DNA of 54,770 bases, the filler included, from Bipalium vagum (lineage: Eukaryota), in assembly GCA_037834085.1 (NCBI GenBank). It is 3 parts of 3 records of this genome, joined end to end, with 100 filler letters (N's around TTAATTAATTAA, not from the genome) between each part and the next. Parts side by side here need not be neighbours in the genome. Positions count along the whole stretch, not along the records: positions 31,831 to 54,770 come from JBBMKC010215139.1; 2 more parts are not named here. One strand, 5' to 3'. A program made the translations under genes and the position numbers. Under the pieces are notes generated by a model that worked only from the letters and a program-made list of their open reading frames with translations, was not told where the DNA came from and did not search any database. Positions within the stretch are counted from its first letter, which is position 1; each line of letters begins with the position of its first letter. Shown here in pieces: positions 36,831-50,800 of the stretch.

Positions 36831-37499
36831 TGTTCGCAAGTGAAACGATACTCAAATAAAACATAGTCATAAAAATTAAAAAATTATATTTCGATTACGA
36901 ATTATAAGTTATTAATTAAACTAAATAAATAATAAGGATTGGACAGCTACTTCAATACCTTAGGATCAAATAATTGTTTTTTTTCTTATTTCCCATTATT
37001 TTCTTTTTTTGTCTTCTTCACATCTACTAGGACGGAAAACCGAATTTTTATCTGAGAGCCCTTTAGAGTAAGATACCGAAGGGTGATCTGACTTTTCTAT
37101 TAACTCCTTATCTCGGGTTTTAACTTAAAAGTAAAATTGTATTAAAAAATAAAGTTGTCAGATTTATATAAAAATATATTTTATAAAACAACTTGTTAGC
37201 CTCCGTTGATCGATTAAAAGTTTATCGTTTTAAAAGTTAAAAGGTTTTACAATCGATATTTGTTTTAACGTTTAAAAGTTTCCAGTTTAGTAATCAACAT
37301 TTTTATTGTCACTCAAATTTTAACTTCGAACGTACGCGCACTAAATCCTTCTGAAATTGCATATATTTTATGTTAAGTTCCTAAAAAGTCCACTATCGAT
37401 ATTCTTAACTCAATAAAAGTAAAAATCCAATTTCGATTTTCTTAACCCGATTAAATATTAACAATCATTTTTATTTTCATATTAAATCATCTTTTTAGG

Positions 37500-37975
37500 T
37501 CTTAAAACTTAACAGGATAATAGAAGAAATAGATGAAAAGAAGTGGAAAAAAGGAAATATTACCGAGGACATCACGTTGAAGAGGCATGGGTACTCTGTG
37601 GGTTTGAAAAAACAGGCGAAAAATAAGATATTTTTAACAAAGGTAAACAGACTGATCCTCGAATACTTTATTGGAAAAAACATTTCAGACCAGGATCTAT
37701 TATTTATACTGACACATGGAAGGCCTATAATGGAATTAGCAAACATGTATATGGACATGGAACGGTTAATCACTCAGTAACATATAAAAATCATATTACT
37801 GGTGTCCATACCAATACCATTGAAGGTATGTGGAATAGTCTTAAAATGAAAACAATACAAAGAAACATAAATACAGAATGTATTGATGGGCATTTATCAG
37901 AATGTATCTGGGGGAAACACAAGAAAGATTTATCGGAAAGTTTTGTAAAAGCTTTGGAGTTATATTAAAAGTAAT
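37500..37975 (+). mobile_element. Merlin (IS1016/ISXO2-like, DDE_Tnp_IS1595) transposase relic
   Basis: Across frameshifts: EIDE, KRKYYRGHHVEEAWVLCGFE, RPGSIIYTDTWKAY, TVNHS, TGVHTNTIEGMWNSLK. Confidence 0.9.
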
Positions 37976-38852
37976 TTACGTAAAAAATATTAATATATTA
38001 CGTGAAACAAATTTCAATCAAACAGAAACAGAAAAACCATGTATTAATAAAATTTACACTAATTTTTTTTATTATTTGGCTTATATAATAAATGGAGTAT
38101 ATTTTACTATATATTGATTATATTTAATTGATTATATAAAATATTTATGTGGAAATATCTTTAAATTAATCTACGATATTATTCGAAGATAATTCAAATA
38201 TTAATTTTAGTAAAATTTCATGTAATTTTTTATATTTGATGTTATGTAAAAATTATATAATTTAAGAATATCAGAAATAATCAATAAATAAATAAATTGG
38301 AATCAGTCTCAATATTTACATATTTTTGTGATCCTTTAAATTATGTAAAAAATAAAATTATAAGAATTGATAATGATAGTCATAATAATAATTCAAAACA
38401 TGTTTCGAAATTATTTTGTTTCCAAGAAAACGTATTTAAAATATTGATCATAAAATCGTTAATATTTACAAAATATTTAATTTTAAAACCATTTTTGCGA
38501 ATTACACTGGTGATTAATGTTTACTTTTGCTTATTTTAAACAAATTATGAACTACATTTAGAAGACTATATTATAGGTTATATTTTTGTATATATTTCAA
38601 GAAATAATATTAAAATAAAAATTAAGTACAATGAACTCAAGAATGTTAATTTGTTAATTAATAATTCTGATTAAATATCTAAAATAAAAATTAATAAATA
38701 ATTATTTTATTATATTAAATTTTTTAAAGTATTACATATTAATTAAACATTATTTTATTAACACGAAAAAACTTCATTCCAGAAATAGTGACTTTAAATT
38801 TGTTTAAAATCGACTTTTATTCATACGTTTATTTATCAAGTTATCATTTGAA

Positions 38853-41800
38853 ATGACTGTAATTAACATAGAATTTAAAGTCCTAGTCGATGAATTATTA
38901 CAGAAAAATGAAAAAGTTTTTGTATGTGGTTCGTTACCAGAACTTGGAAATTGGTATCCTATGAAAGCCAAGGTCCTGAAAAGACAGGAATATTCAAAGT
39001 CTAAAAACACGTAAGGATATATTTTTAATGACTAATGATATCTTTAAAATATCATTTAGTGAGATTTGGAGTACACATTTGATGCTACCTTTATCAGACA
39101 TCAGCTATCGCTACTTTATTGGTACAAGTGATGACAATCACGAAAGTATTGATGAAAGAACTATCAATATTTCTACTTGGGAATCTAATATGCAACCCAG
39201 AACGAAAAATATTTTAGGTAATAATTTAATTGATTTTACAATTGATTTATAATATCGTTAAATTCTAATTTATAAATTTTATTGAATTCTTTTAAGTTAT
39301 CATAAAATCGATTAATAACTTAATATTATTTAGAGTTTTAGAGCCAGGGATTTTTAGTCATAGTCTTAGACAATAAAAAGTCCTTAGTTTCACGTACATT
39401 TTATTTATTTTATGATTTATATAAGTTTGGTTCTATAAGTTCTAATCAGGGTGGGACTCAAGTAGTTCCAAAAATAATCCCACCAATCAAAAACACGCTA
39501 CCATCTTAATATAACTCAAATATTAGGACTATTTTAATATAAATATTTGGGAAAACAATCATGCTTATCATGACTTCGTATAAAATATTTGATTTTCAAA
39601 AATCCTACTGGTACAAGTTTCAATATTTATTAGATATAATCCATAATATTTTTTTATATTCAATCTACCTCCTTTTTCTGAACAATGTTTGTATTTAAAA
39701 CCTATGCCTAGAAAAATAGACTTAGTTTTCACAAGCACTTATCCTATTTAAATATATTGATTACTAAAATTTGTAGACTTAAGTCTGCTTATAATAATAT
39801 CATAACTTAAAGTAATAGTGTTATTTTTAATATCAAGAACTTGCAGTTTATATAATAAATATAATCATTATTGCTTTGATAAATTATGAGAATCTTTGAT
39901 AACATAATTATCCTAATCGTATAATAAATTGTGTTTCCCCAAATAAAGAAAAAGTATAATAATGTGAATGAAATAATGTTTTGCTGAAGGATCCTGGCTT
40001 TATCACTTTTCAACTTTTCTATAAAATATAGATCAAAATCATAAACAATAGTTTTTTGAACATAAAAATTATTAATAATATATTTATTATTTATAATATA
40101 ATTATTAATAATATATTTAATTAACCATTCACAATATTGAAGACTTGGAGTTTAAATCAGTATTTGGTTTATTAATATATGAAAAAAGTATTTTTCGAAG
40201 AAAAAGATTTTGAAAAATTTATCAAATAAGTTTCTCCGGATATTGCTTTAAGCAGGAAATTGTGAATAATTTGTATACATTATTCATCAACAGATAAATA
40301 TAAATTATAAATATAGATATAAATTAGCAAAATAAATTATGTTGAAAAAGGGAAAATTAGGGAAGGATCATTCAGAATTGTCTTTTTTCTCTTGATTTAG
40401 AAATTACTTTAAAAAATCTTTAACAATAATATAATATAAATCATTTTATAAAATTTTAGTAAATCATTAACATTATATTATTAATAATTATTTATTAAAT
40501 TATAATAATGTAATGACTTATTTGATTCTTATCTCAGTTTCTCATTCTCTTTACAAATATATTTTTTCGAACATCTTATTTTGTTGAGATTTTACATTTT
40601 ATTGATCTCTTCAAACAATATTTATCTACTGAGGTAGCTTGAGTTTATTTCTCTTCGTATTTTCTCTAATTTCAAGGTATATCTTGAAAAGTGAAACTCA
40701 TTCATATATGGTACTTAGAGCAAAATTATACTATCAACATATCAAATATGAGTATTTGGTCATTTAGATTTCAGTATATGTCGGTTGTGTCAAATAAATA
40801 ATTATTAAAAATTAATTATATTTTTTATTATTCATACATTAAGATCAGTTACACTTGATATTTTTTCGAATTTAATTTTGTCCATCAAGATATGAAATTC
40901 ATATATCATATTTTTTAGATTATCTCATGAATGGAATTAGTAAAGTCAAACCAGCATATGATCGATATGGATACATAGGTAAGATATTTTGAAATATATT
41001 TGTGATTTAATTAATGTACTGTCACAAAATAAGGTTATAGTTTATATCGATTACATTTGTCTGTTGGTTGTTTGAAATGTAGATTGTGTAATATTTGACC
41101 TGTAACGATCATCAAGTACAATTTCATCATTAAGTATTTATACTTTTGACGTGATTTCATTCTTTCTTCAATTACAGAGATGGGTGTGTCAAAATTCACA
41201 TGTATATCATTTTTACGTATTTCGAACGAAATTGTCTGAAATTTAAAGACTTAAAATAAATCAAATAAACTTCGTTACAATAATTTTATCTTCATCTCAC
41301 GTAAAACTTGCCATAGTTAACTTGGATTATTTAATGAACTTTTAATACTAACAAATTAATTTTTTATTAAATCGTTATTACTCAATGATTTATATTAGTA
41401 TCGAATTTCATTAGGATTTATTAATTAATTGTTATGTAAAACGTATTTTACATTTAACATTTAAAATATAATATTCCGTAGTTTTGTAAAATTTGATGCT
41501 TTATGTAAACCGTTTATCAGTATTGAAATAAAATCTTAATGACGATGTGATATTCCAATATTTCTTTCTTATTTACCAAAATTTTTATAAATAAATACTT
41601 TTATTTAATTGAGACTGTAATAACATATTTAAATTAATTAATAACTAACAGAACTTATAAAATTATAAATATCCTAATTAAAAAAATCATAATTTTATTT
41701 TCTAACCATATCTTGATATTTTTCGTTTTTAGCTGATATTTTTGTTTAAAAAGTTTTTACAAAGGTTTATGTTTTTCTTTGTTTAGCATCTTATCATTTA

Positions 41801-44800
41801 ACTATCATCTAAAAATATATGCTGAAAATCAACATGGGTTATTTTTTGATTTCTAAATGAATCAAGGTGTAAGATTATAAAAAAAAACAAATAAAACCGT
41901 TTTGTTTTATTTTTCATTGATTAAAATTCTTAAGAATGTATTAAATGCGTTAAAATAGTTTTGGTTTTTTTCCTAATGTTTAGTATTACTAAAAAAAAAT
42001 TAATACTTGTATTTTTATTTTTTTTGAATTAAATTTTCATTGTTTTTATTAAAATAAAAATCAATCAATACGTGATCAATAAAAAATCACAAATCAATGG
42101 TTTGATTTTAGAATTCGTGGTAGTTTACGGAAAATATTTCAAGATAATATATTTTTCGTACATCAGGTATTTGACTTATAAAAAGAACGATTATTCATAT
42201 ACTTTAACTGTATATCAATATGGATTTAATTTTCTGTGTTTTGTTCTTTTTAAGTTCAGAGCACAGTTGACCCAAGAAACTATTGGAAGTTAAACTGTTC
42301 ATTATTTGTCTATTGCTTAAAATTGAGTTATTTAAATGATCTTTTAAAAAATAATTTTAATGCAAATAATAAAGAAAAAAATTTTCAATATTAAGAGTTA
42401 CAAAAAATTAGCTTCCAGATTTGATATTAATAATATTAATTATTTAATAAAAAAATTAAAGAATTAGTATGGGAATTGGACTTCAGCAATTGAAATGTAC
42501 AGTTGATCTGCCAATAAATGTGTAGGTATTATCCTAATTCCTTAATTAAAGTGGTTCAATAAACATTTGTATAATGATTAATATCGTAATTGGCGCAATA
42601 TGCCTTACAACAGCCTTCCATGTGACTGAATAAATAAAAACAAATTGGTATGGCAAATACAACCATATTTTTGATTTATTAATGAGAAGTATAAATACCT
42701 TTTCCGTTTTGGTATAATTTATCAAAAACTGGGTCAAAAATCAAAATTTATTATTTCCATTATTTTTATTATTTGTTGCAAATATAAAATTAAATTTCTA
42801 TTATTACTCTTAATGACAGCAATGGAACATCAAGGAGTAATGTTCTTCTAATTTTTTTTTCAAAATGAAATAGCGCATCGGTGCTTAAGTAGATATGACA
42901 TTCTCAATGAGATTGTAAATTTTTTTACATAAAAATATATGCCCTGAAAATTTTTTTGAAAACTGATAGTTATATTTAATCATTTTAACAGTCTAAATTT
43001 AAATAAGTTTCAATGAAATCAACATTTATTATTACATACAATTAGGAAGTCTAAAGTGGAACCAAAGTTGCGATTGACACGTGCTTCTGAAAATTGAATG
43101 CTTTATTGTTTATTGAATTTAATTACGAAATTTTTTTTAATGTTTTCATTATAATTTAATATTTTAATAGATTTAATTCGATTACATTTTAAATATTAAA
43201 ATATATTTAAGAATTACTGTTTGTTTTAATTATTGCAAATATATGTTAATTATTTAATTAGAACGTTGGATGCGCTTTGTGAACGATACTTGTATTTATT
43301 ATATTTTAATATAAATATTTATTTATGACATTTAGTAATAAGATAAATATGAAACAAAGGAAAGATTTTTGAAAATAAAAATAACGAATTCTTCAATAAA
43401 AAAAAAGGGTTGATAAAATGCATTGTAAAATTGGTAAAAATTTTCTATTAATATAATGATATTTGACTTTAACTTGTTCTGGGTTTTCTTAACTGATTTG
43501 AAATGTTTTAGGGAGACTATTTTATATTCAGTCTATTCTGATATTTGTGATAATAAAAAAAATCAGCTTACAATTTTTTTCTAACTATTTTTTACAGAAT
43601 AAATTAATAAAGATAGTAACAGTAATTTAACAATTTATTGTTAAAATGGGCGTTTTTACAGTTCATTTCCGATACGCTTTCATATAATATATTTATTATT
43701 AGTAATAAATATATTAATAATAGATAATTCTGAAATATGAGAATATGTAAAATAATGAATTATATTTCCTATTACATTCTCAATGATATTATACATATTC
43801 CCTTAAATAATCTTTATTCAGCATTTATTTACTTTTTAGTTTTATAAATATATACAGTTGCTCCCAAAAGTGAGTTAACAAACCATATGTTTTTATATAA
43901 AACTGAATTATGCTAACCAAAATGAATTATAATTTTTAATGATTGTTCCAAATCTACTTTGATAATTCTAGATTACATATTAAAAATAAAATGACGCAAA
44001 GAAAATTGATTTTTAACTAATACCGAAAGACAAAGTATTTCAATCTATCTTTTTCAAAATGACCACTTATTTATTAATAAGTACTCTATAAGTAATATTT
44101 ATTAATAAGTACTGTATTAATAAAGAACATTTTTCAAATATGAATTTTCTAATAGACTTTTATTTTGGTCGAAAATTGTCCCGTTTCTCAAAATCAGAAT
44201 TATGAGCATTTTATAGATCAAATTATATCATAAATTTCTACAAATAATATTAATTATTCATAAATTATGGTACAAAATATTCCCATTAAATTTGTTTGAA
44301 ATTTTGTTGTTCATTATTATTTTTTTTATAAAAAATAACTTTCTATAAAAATACTTATTTCTGGCACGATACATTTATTTTTATAAAAAAAGTGAAAAGT
44401 AGAAGAAATAAGAATGATTAGTGTCAATCAATCATTAATGAACCAATAGGAATTAAATGTTGAATAAGAAATAATAATGATGTATCGGTTGATGTCGGGT
44501 AAGTCTGTCACAGAGAAATAGTGGACTTTTTGCAGACTAGACAGAAACAGTACTGCTTTCTTCTTACAAACGAATGACGTCAATTAATTTAATTGGATAA
44601 TTTAAATTTTTCTGTAAAGTACAATTCTGAAAATTTAAGTTTATGGAAAAAAGTAATGTTAACAGAAGGTTACATTAAAAATTGAAACAGATTCAGGAAA
44701 TATACTTTTACAAAAATATTTTTAACTCTAAAAAATTTCCTAAAATTAGATAGTTTTTATATAAACAAATAAATTAATAAAATTATTTTTTTTATAAATG

Positions 44801-47800
44801 AACTTAAAAACTGATTTCAGGCGATTTGATATAACAACATCTCATGGTTTTTATGTATTTGTAAATCATAATTTTATTTTTAAAATAATTTAGTAAATCG
44901 ATTATATTATTCTATTGGAATAAATTGATAAAATTTTATTGATATAAATTGATAATATTCTTTTGATATAAATGGATATTATTTAACACTTATTAGTTGA
45001 ATGATTTTTAATTTAGAGTGTTAATATTTTTAAAAAAATTAGTTTGAAGAATTTTATTTAAGATTAATTTTCATTTTTATATACATTAATTTTCATATAA
45101 ATTTTTCACATTTTTCAATTTAAAATTGAAAATTGTATCTCAATAATCATTGATTATAATAATTATTTCAAAACAATATTCAGATGACCATTGTCGTTTG
45201 CTGAAGGGTTGGTTGACAGACCAAACTGCTGTACAGATCCGATTGTTTGGAGATTGTGTCAAATTTTATATAAATCGATTTAAATCGAAAAGAATATTTA
45301 TCAACTGTCACTACTTTCAAATGGATAAAGGTCACTGGAACGATGATGAAGACAACGATTCAGTCAATGGAGTTTATCAACAAAATGCAAAAGTTTGTTC
45401 TCTATAAACATATTTTCTGCATTTTCGTATCGATTAAATATTAAATAAATAAATTATTAATTCAAAAAATTTAGAAGTTAAAATATTATTTTTATTCTTA
45501 ATAAAATTCACAGCTGAAACTATTTCCCCTTTAAACTCTATTTATTTTTGACTTTTCAAACTATATTTCTATTTCTTTATATATACGATATTATATCTTT
45601 TTGAGTCATAAAATTATATGGTATTAACATAAAAATGACTTTTCTAAAAGAAATTTTGATAACATCATTATTTATTTATATAAAAATATATTCAATGTGC
45701 AAATTGACTTTGTTTCTATTATCTATTTAGACTATTGGATGGAATAATATTTTATAGATTCTTTTTCAATATCACTTAAATTAATTTACGAGATTTTCTT
45801 GGTAATGGACAGAATATGAAGATGATCCTAAAATTTTTCTAATTTGGAATTTGAATCATTATATTTTCATCCAAATTGAATTCAAAGTTCATTATAGATT
45901 TGTAATGGAAGACTAAAATGTTAATTTTAATACCGCTACAGATTAATTCAAACTGTAAGTTGAAATCTAAACATTTATCTATATATAGGTTTATTGCTGC
46001 ATGTATAAAAGTATAATGGAAACTAGCCTGGTTCATATATAAAGTGTTTAATTCATATTTTTAAAATATCTTCTCAGTATTGATCCAATCACAAAATTAT
46101 ACATTTATATTTGCTAGCTGATCTTCTTCCCAATGTCTTATTCCCAAATAATATTTTCTGTTTTATTTGACTTACATCGATTGATTTTTTATTTTATTGA
46201 TTATTTATTTAAAACCTATGTTTCTATAATTTCTAAATAATTAATTTTTCATAGGCACATCACACATTTTTTATTCGAACATTATTAAAGCAAGAAATGT
46301 ATGTCACAAACTCTTATTGACAAATTAAAAAGTTTAATTCATATATTTTTAATATTGAATTTCTGTTTCAAATTAATATTTATCACATAAAATATATATT
46401 TAGCTAATGAAAATTAAGGCAGCATCTTTATAAATACAAACTTATGAAAAATATAATTGTTAATTTGAATATTTTTCTTTCAATAAATGAGCACAAAAAT
46501 GGTAATGGATTTCATTATTTATTTTATTAATTTACATTTTGAAAATATTGAAATATTTTTCATGAACCTCTTAATGAACATTAAATGTAAAGAGTATGAA
46601 AAATGTCGTATTTACAATTATTTTTTAATTGTCTGATTGTACTCACTAAACTATTATCCACATTGATTATATATAATTATTAAAATATATAAAATTAAAA
46701 ATATAGTTAATAAATTTATTTTCATTTTTTAATGGTTTTAATGCTGACCAATATGGTCATTTGTGATAATTTTTTAGTAATTTTCTAAAATTATTTCGAA
46801 AAACAAAAAACATGTTTTAATCAAAATAATTAAAATATTGATTGTTGATTTTTGGTTATATCCTTTTCAGTTTAGTCAGCTTACAAACGATAATTATCTT
46901 CCTAAATATCCCACATCAGAAGGAGTAGAATTCAATGGCGAATATTTAACTTTTCACATTGAAACAATGGACTTAGAAGACATGTGTGTAGAACTTGAAT
47001 TTAGACAATTAATTAAAGATTCTCGAAGCTCTCAGACGAACAATAATGTAATATTTACTGCAAATATGCACAAAACTCGACAAATGAAAAAGAATTCACA
47101 GATATTTCGTGTAATTGAATGCACAATGAATTGTTTCATCTTCAAATTTCCCTGTAAATTGATAATTTTTCTTTTTGTTTTAATTTAATCTGTATTGTTC
47201 TGTGAATTCTAATAAAGTTTGTTCGAGTATTGTGTGTTGTGTATATGTGTGTCTAGAGATTCTGGTCACTATGAATTGTGAAAACTGGGGTCTTAACTTC
47301 TCTTTCCAGGAAATGAATCGAGTTTCGTATGTCCAGTCGCCATCTACAGAGAATGGAAATATAGATGAATACTGTTTAATTGGCACTGCCCGAGTTGGAC
47401 TGATGCCGTCTAAAAAGACTACAAAGTCTATATCGATAATCAACAGTCAAAACCGGCCTATAGGAGAAATAGAAAGTAAAATTATACACATTTTGATCAT
47501 TTCATCGGATTAATGAGAGGTTTGAAAAGAGATTTTTCACAAAAATTTATTGTTAATATTTAAAGTTAAAGTCTGGAGTGTTTCCGAGTGACAACAGTGT
47601 GACAAATACATTTCGATCTTTAATTTAAATTGATTTTTTAGAATTATATTTTATATTTATTGACAGTTTTTTTCAATTTTCTCTATCCATATCTAAAACA
47701 TTTTATTTTGATTTTCAGTTGATTTTATCGCAATATATCCGCTTTTGGGGTTACGGTATCAGATAGAAGAAACTTATCAGCTGCATTGGAAACATCGTAA

Positions 47801-50800
47801 AACTTTGAATGTTGGCCATAAAGGCCTGGGTACCTCTTACGGGAGAGCAACAAAGTAATTTTTATTAATTATTATAGTTGATAAGATGTTAATGGTTATT
47901 TTTTGATATTTGATATTTCTAAGTACAAACTTTTTAAATATTTCTTGAGTCTGGAAGAAAATTTATTATACATTTTCTTTAATCTTTTCTCATTTTAAGA
48001 AGTTAATCAATATACCCCAAAAATTAAAATCTAGATTTAATCGATTGACGAAAATTATTGAAAAATTGTCTCAATTCGCAAATATAATGAAGATTTATAA
48101 GAGATTTTATAGAATTTCAAGATATATATATCACTGATATTGATATTTTGGAAAGTTTTTGAAAATTCATTTGATTTTGTTTTAGAGTTTCTGCAGTTCG
48201 AGAAAATACCCTTCATTCATTACGAACTGCTTTTGATCACGTAAGAAATGATCTTCTTTCATCTTTGTTTTAGTACTTGAAATATCTTTTATGAAACAGG
48301 GTGCTGATTATGTGGAATTTGATGTGCAACTTAGTAAGGATATGGTACCAGTTCTCTATCACGATTTCAAAGTATGCACAGTTTGGAGAAAAGTACATGA
48401 AACAAAAAGTGTTAATGAAACATATTTGTGATCTATTTATTTTAGAAAAAGAAAAATGATTTGCAATATATGGAAATTCCAGTCAAGGAATTGACGCTGG
48501 ATGATTTACAAGCATTGAAGCTCGATCCTACGTGTGTTATGTCTGACGAACTGCGCGACGAAAGTAAGTGGAATTTCGCTTTTTAATGTGTGGACTTATA
48601 ATTTTTTTGAAAATTATGAAATCCCTGTTATATAAATTAATTTGATGTCTTTTTTATTTTTTTCTGAGATCAAGTAATTTTTTAATTTGAAATAACCATC
48701 CTTGACAGTACTTGGTCTTGAACTTTCTCTTGTGTTAAATCTTTGCCAAACAAATCCAACTCATCTTTTCAAAATCGTTTACATGAATTTTTAAGTTTCA
48801 TTTATTTATGGTCAAGGTGATCATTTTTTTATAATTTTTGAAATCTAAATTTTTAAATGAACATTGAAAACTTCCTCGTCTGCCTGGAAAATCGACTGAT
48901 TTTTAAATGTAAAAAATTCTAAATTAAATTATAAAATTATTATTAATTAAATAAACACTGAAAATAATAATATTGATTTTTATTAAGAACAATATTCAAT
49001 TTGGAAAATTAAATGCATTTCACCATTAAATTTTCTTTAGTTTTAAAGCCTGACAATAAAACTGATTATCATAATTAGTTCAACCTTAGTTCTTTTAAAC
49101 CGACACGGTTAGACAATGCATAATGATTTCATCATTCATTCTGTCATTCAGTTGTAAAATTCTCGATAGAAATTTTCACAGAAAAGCAATTTATAAAACT
49201 AATTATATTATAAAATTTTTTTATTTTATATATAATAAAAAATATTTAAAAAAAGAAAATCAATATTTTTTCCTTTTAACCAGCATTGCTTAGTGAAGAA
49301 ATTTTTCTCAAAAGCTTCAGATAAATGAAAGAAAAGATTCTGTGTGTATTTGTTGGGACAAATTGGAAAGTGATGTAACATCGTAACATATTTGTTAGGA
49401 AGAGTTGATGAGATAATTTATTGATTAGTGTCAGGAAGAAAATTCCTTGGTAAAATTGTGGCAAATAAATAACGAGGCAGTGGAACTATTAAATAATGAA
49501 TAATATTTATTTTAATTATTATTATTATTTCGTATATTATTTTAATTATTAAAAAATTTGGAAGCGTATCATTTTTTACCAGGTACAAAAAATATTTTCT
49601 TGTAAGGATTTTGACTAAAAAAGATAAAAAAATTATCAAATGATTGTTTTTTTTATTGTCATAATTGGGGAACGTTCAATCAAAGTTAAATATTGTTATA
49701 AGGATAAGAAAATTTTGTAAAAATTAAAACAAAAATTAAAATTATAAAATATAATATAAAATCTAAATCAAACCAATACATTTAAAATAAGAACAATGAT
49801 ATTCCTTTGGTGTGGTAATCTAATTTGTTTGAAAATCTATACGTTCGGACAGAGTAAAAAAATATGAATACGATGACCACAACATAAAGAAAAAGGTAAT
49901 TCAGTAAAAAGAAAAATTAACGAAAAAAAGTCTTAGTTTTAAAATTAAATATCTTTCAAGCTTGCCCAAGAAATTCTACAGCTTGTACTAAGGAATACCT
50001 TCAGTAATTAATACTTCATTATCCACACAATTTTTCATTATTTAAATTTTCCGGTGAATTTAATCTTATAATATTATTGAAGCATTACCAGTAATAAAAT
50101 GGGTTACTTTCAGACTAAAAATAACTAAAAAGAAATCATTGATTATTGTGTTTATTTTAAATAAAAATAATATTAAATAAATGTCCATCCAAAAATCGGA
50201 AATTATTTCAAAAAATCAAATTATCTTAGAGTGGTTGATTTTCTGTGGCTCATTAAATAAAATAGGCTGTTTTGATCAGATGTGAATATTCTCTATCATG
50301 GATTCTATATTGTTTTTGGTATAGTTGTCGGCGGAAATCTAGCTCATATCAATGATAGTTAACACTTTCGACGTACTTTGATAACAACAACAGTATCTGT
50401 GTAGATTCATTGTGATAAATCTACTTCATTTTGTAGTAATTATTGTTAAAGTAACGACATTGTTAACAAAAGATCATTTATAATTGTTTTAATAAGGATG
50501 AAATTCCGATATTGTACAATATCTATATAGCTTTGGGGTCAAAAGATTTACAGTCATGTATTAAAAAATAATTCTGAGATTTCTTAATGATGATCCAATC
50601 ATATTTCCCACACATGAATCGGAAATTTAATGATTCCTATATAAGTGTATATAATTATGATAGATTTATTCAATTTTTTAAAAGTTCTTAAGAATTTATT
50701 ATTGATTCTGTAAGGTTACACAATAGCAATTTGACCTTTCACTTTAAAGTTATTTCTATCTATTTGTAAAGAATTGTCAGCCAAGCAAGCCAAAATTTTC

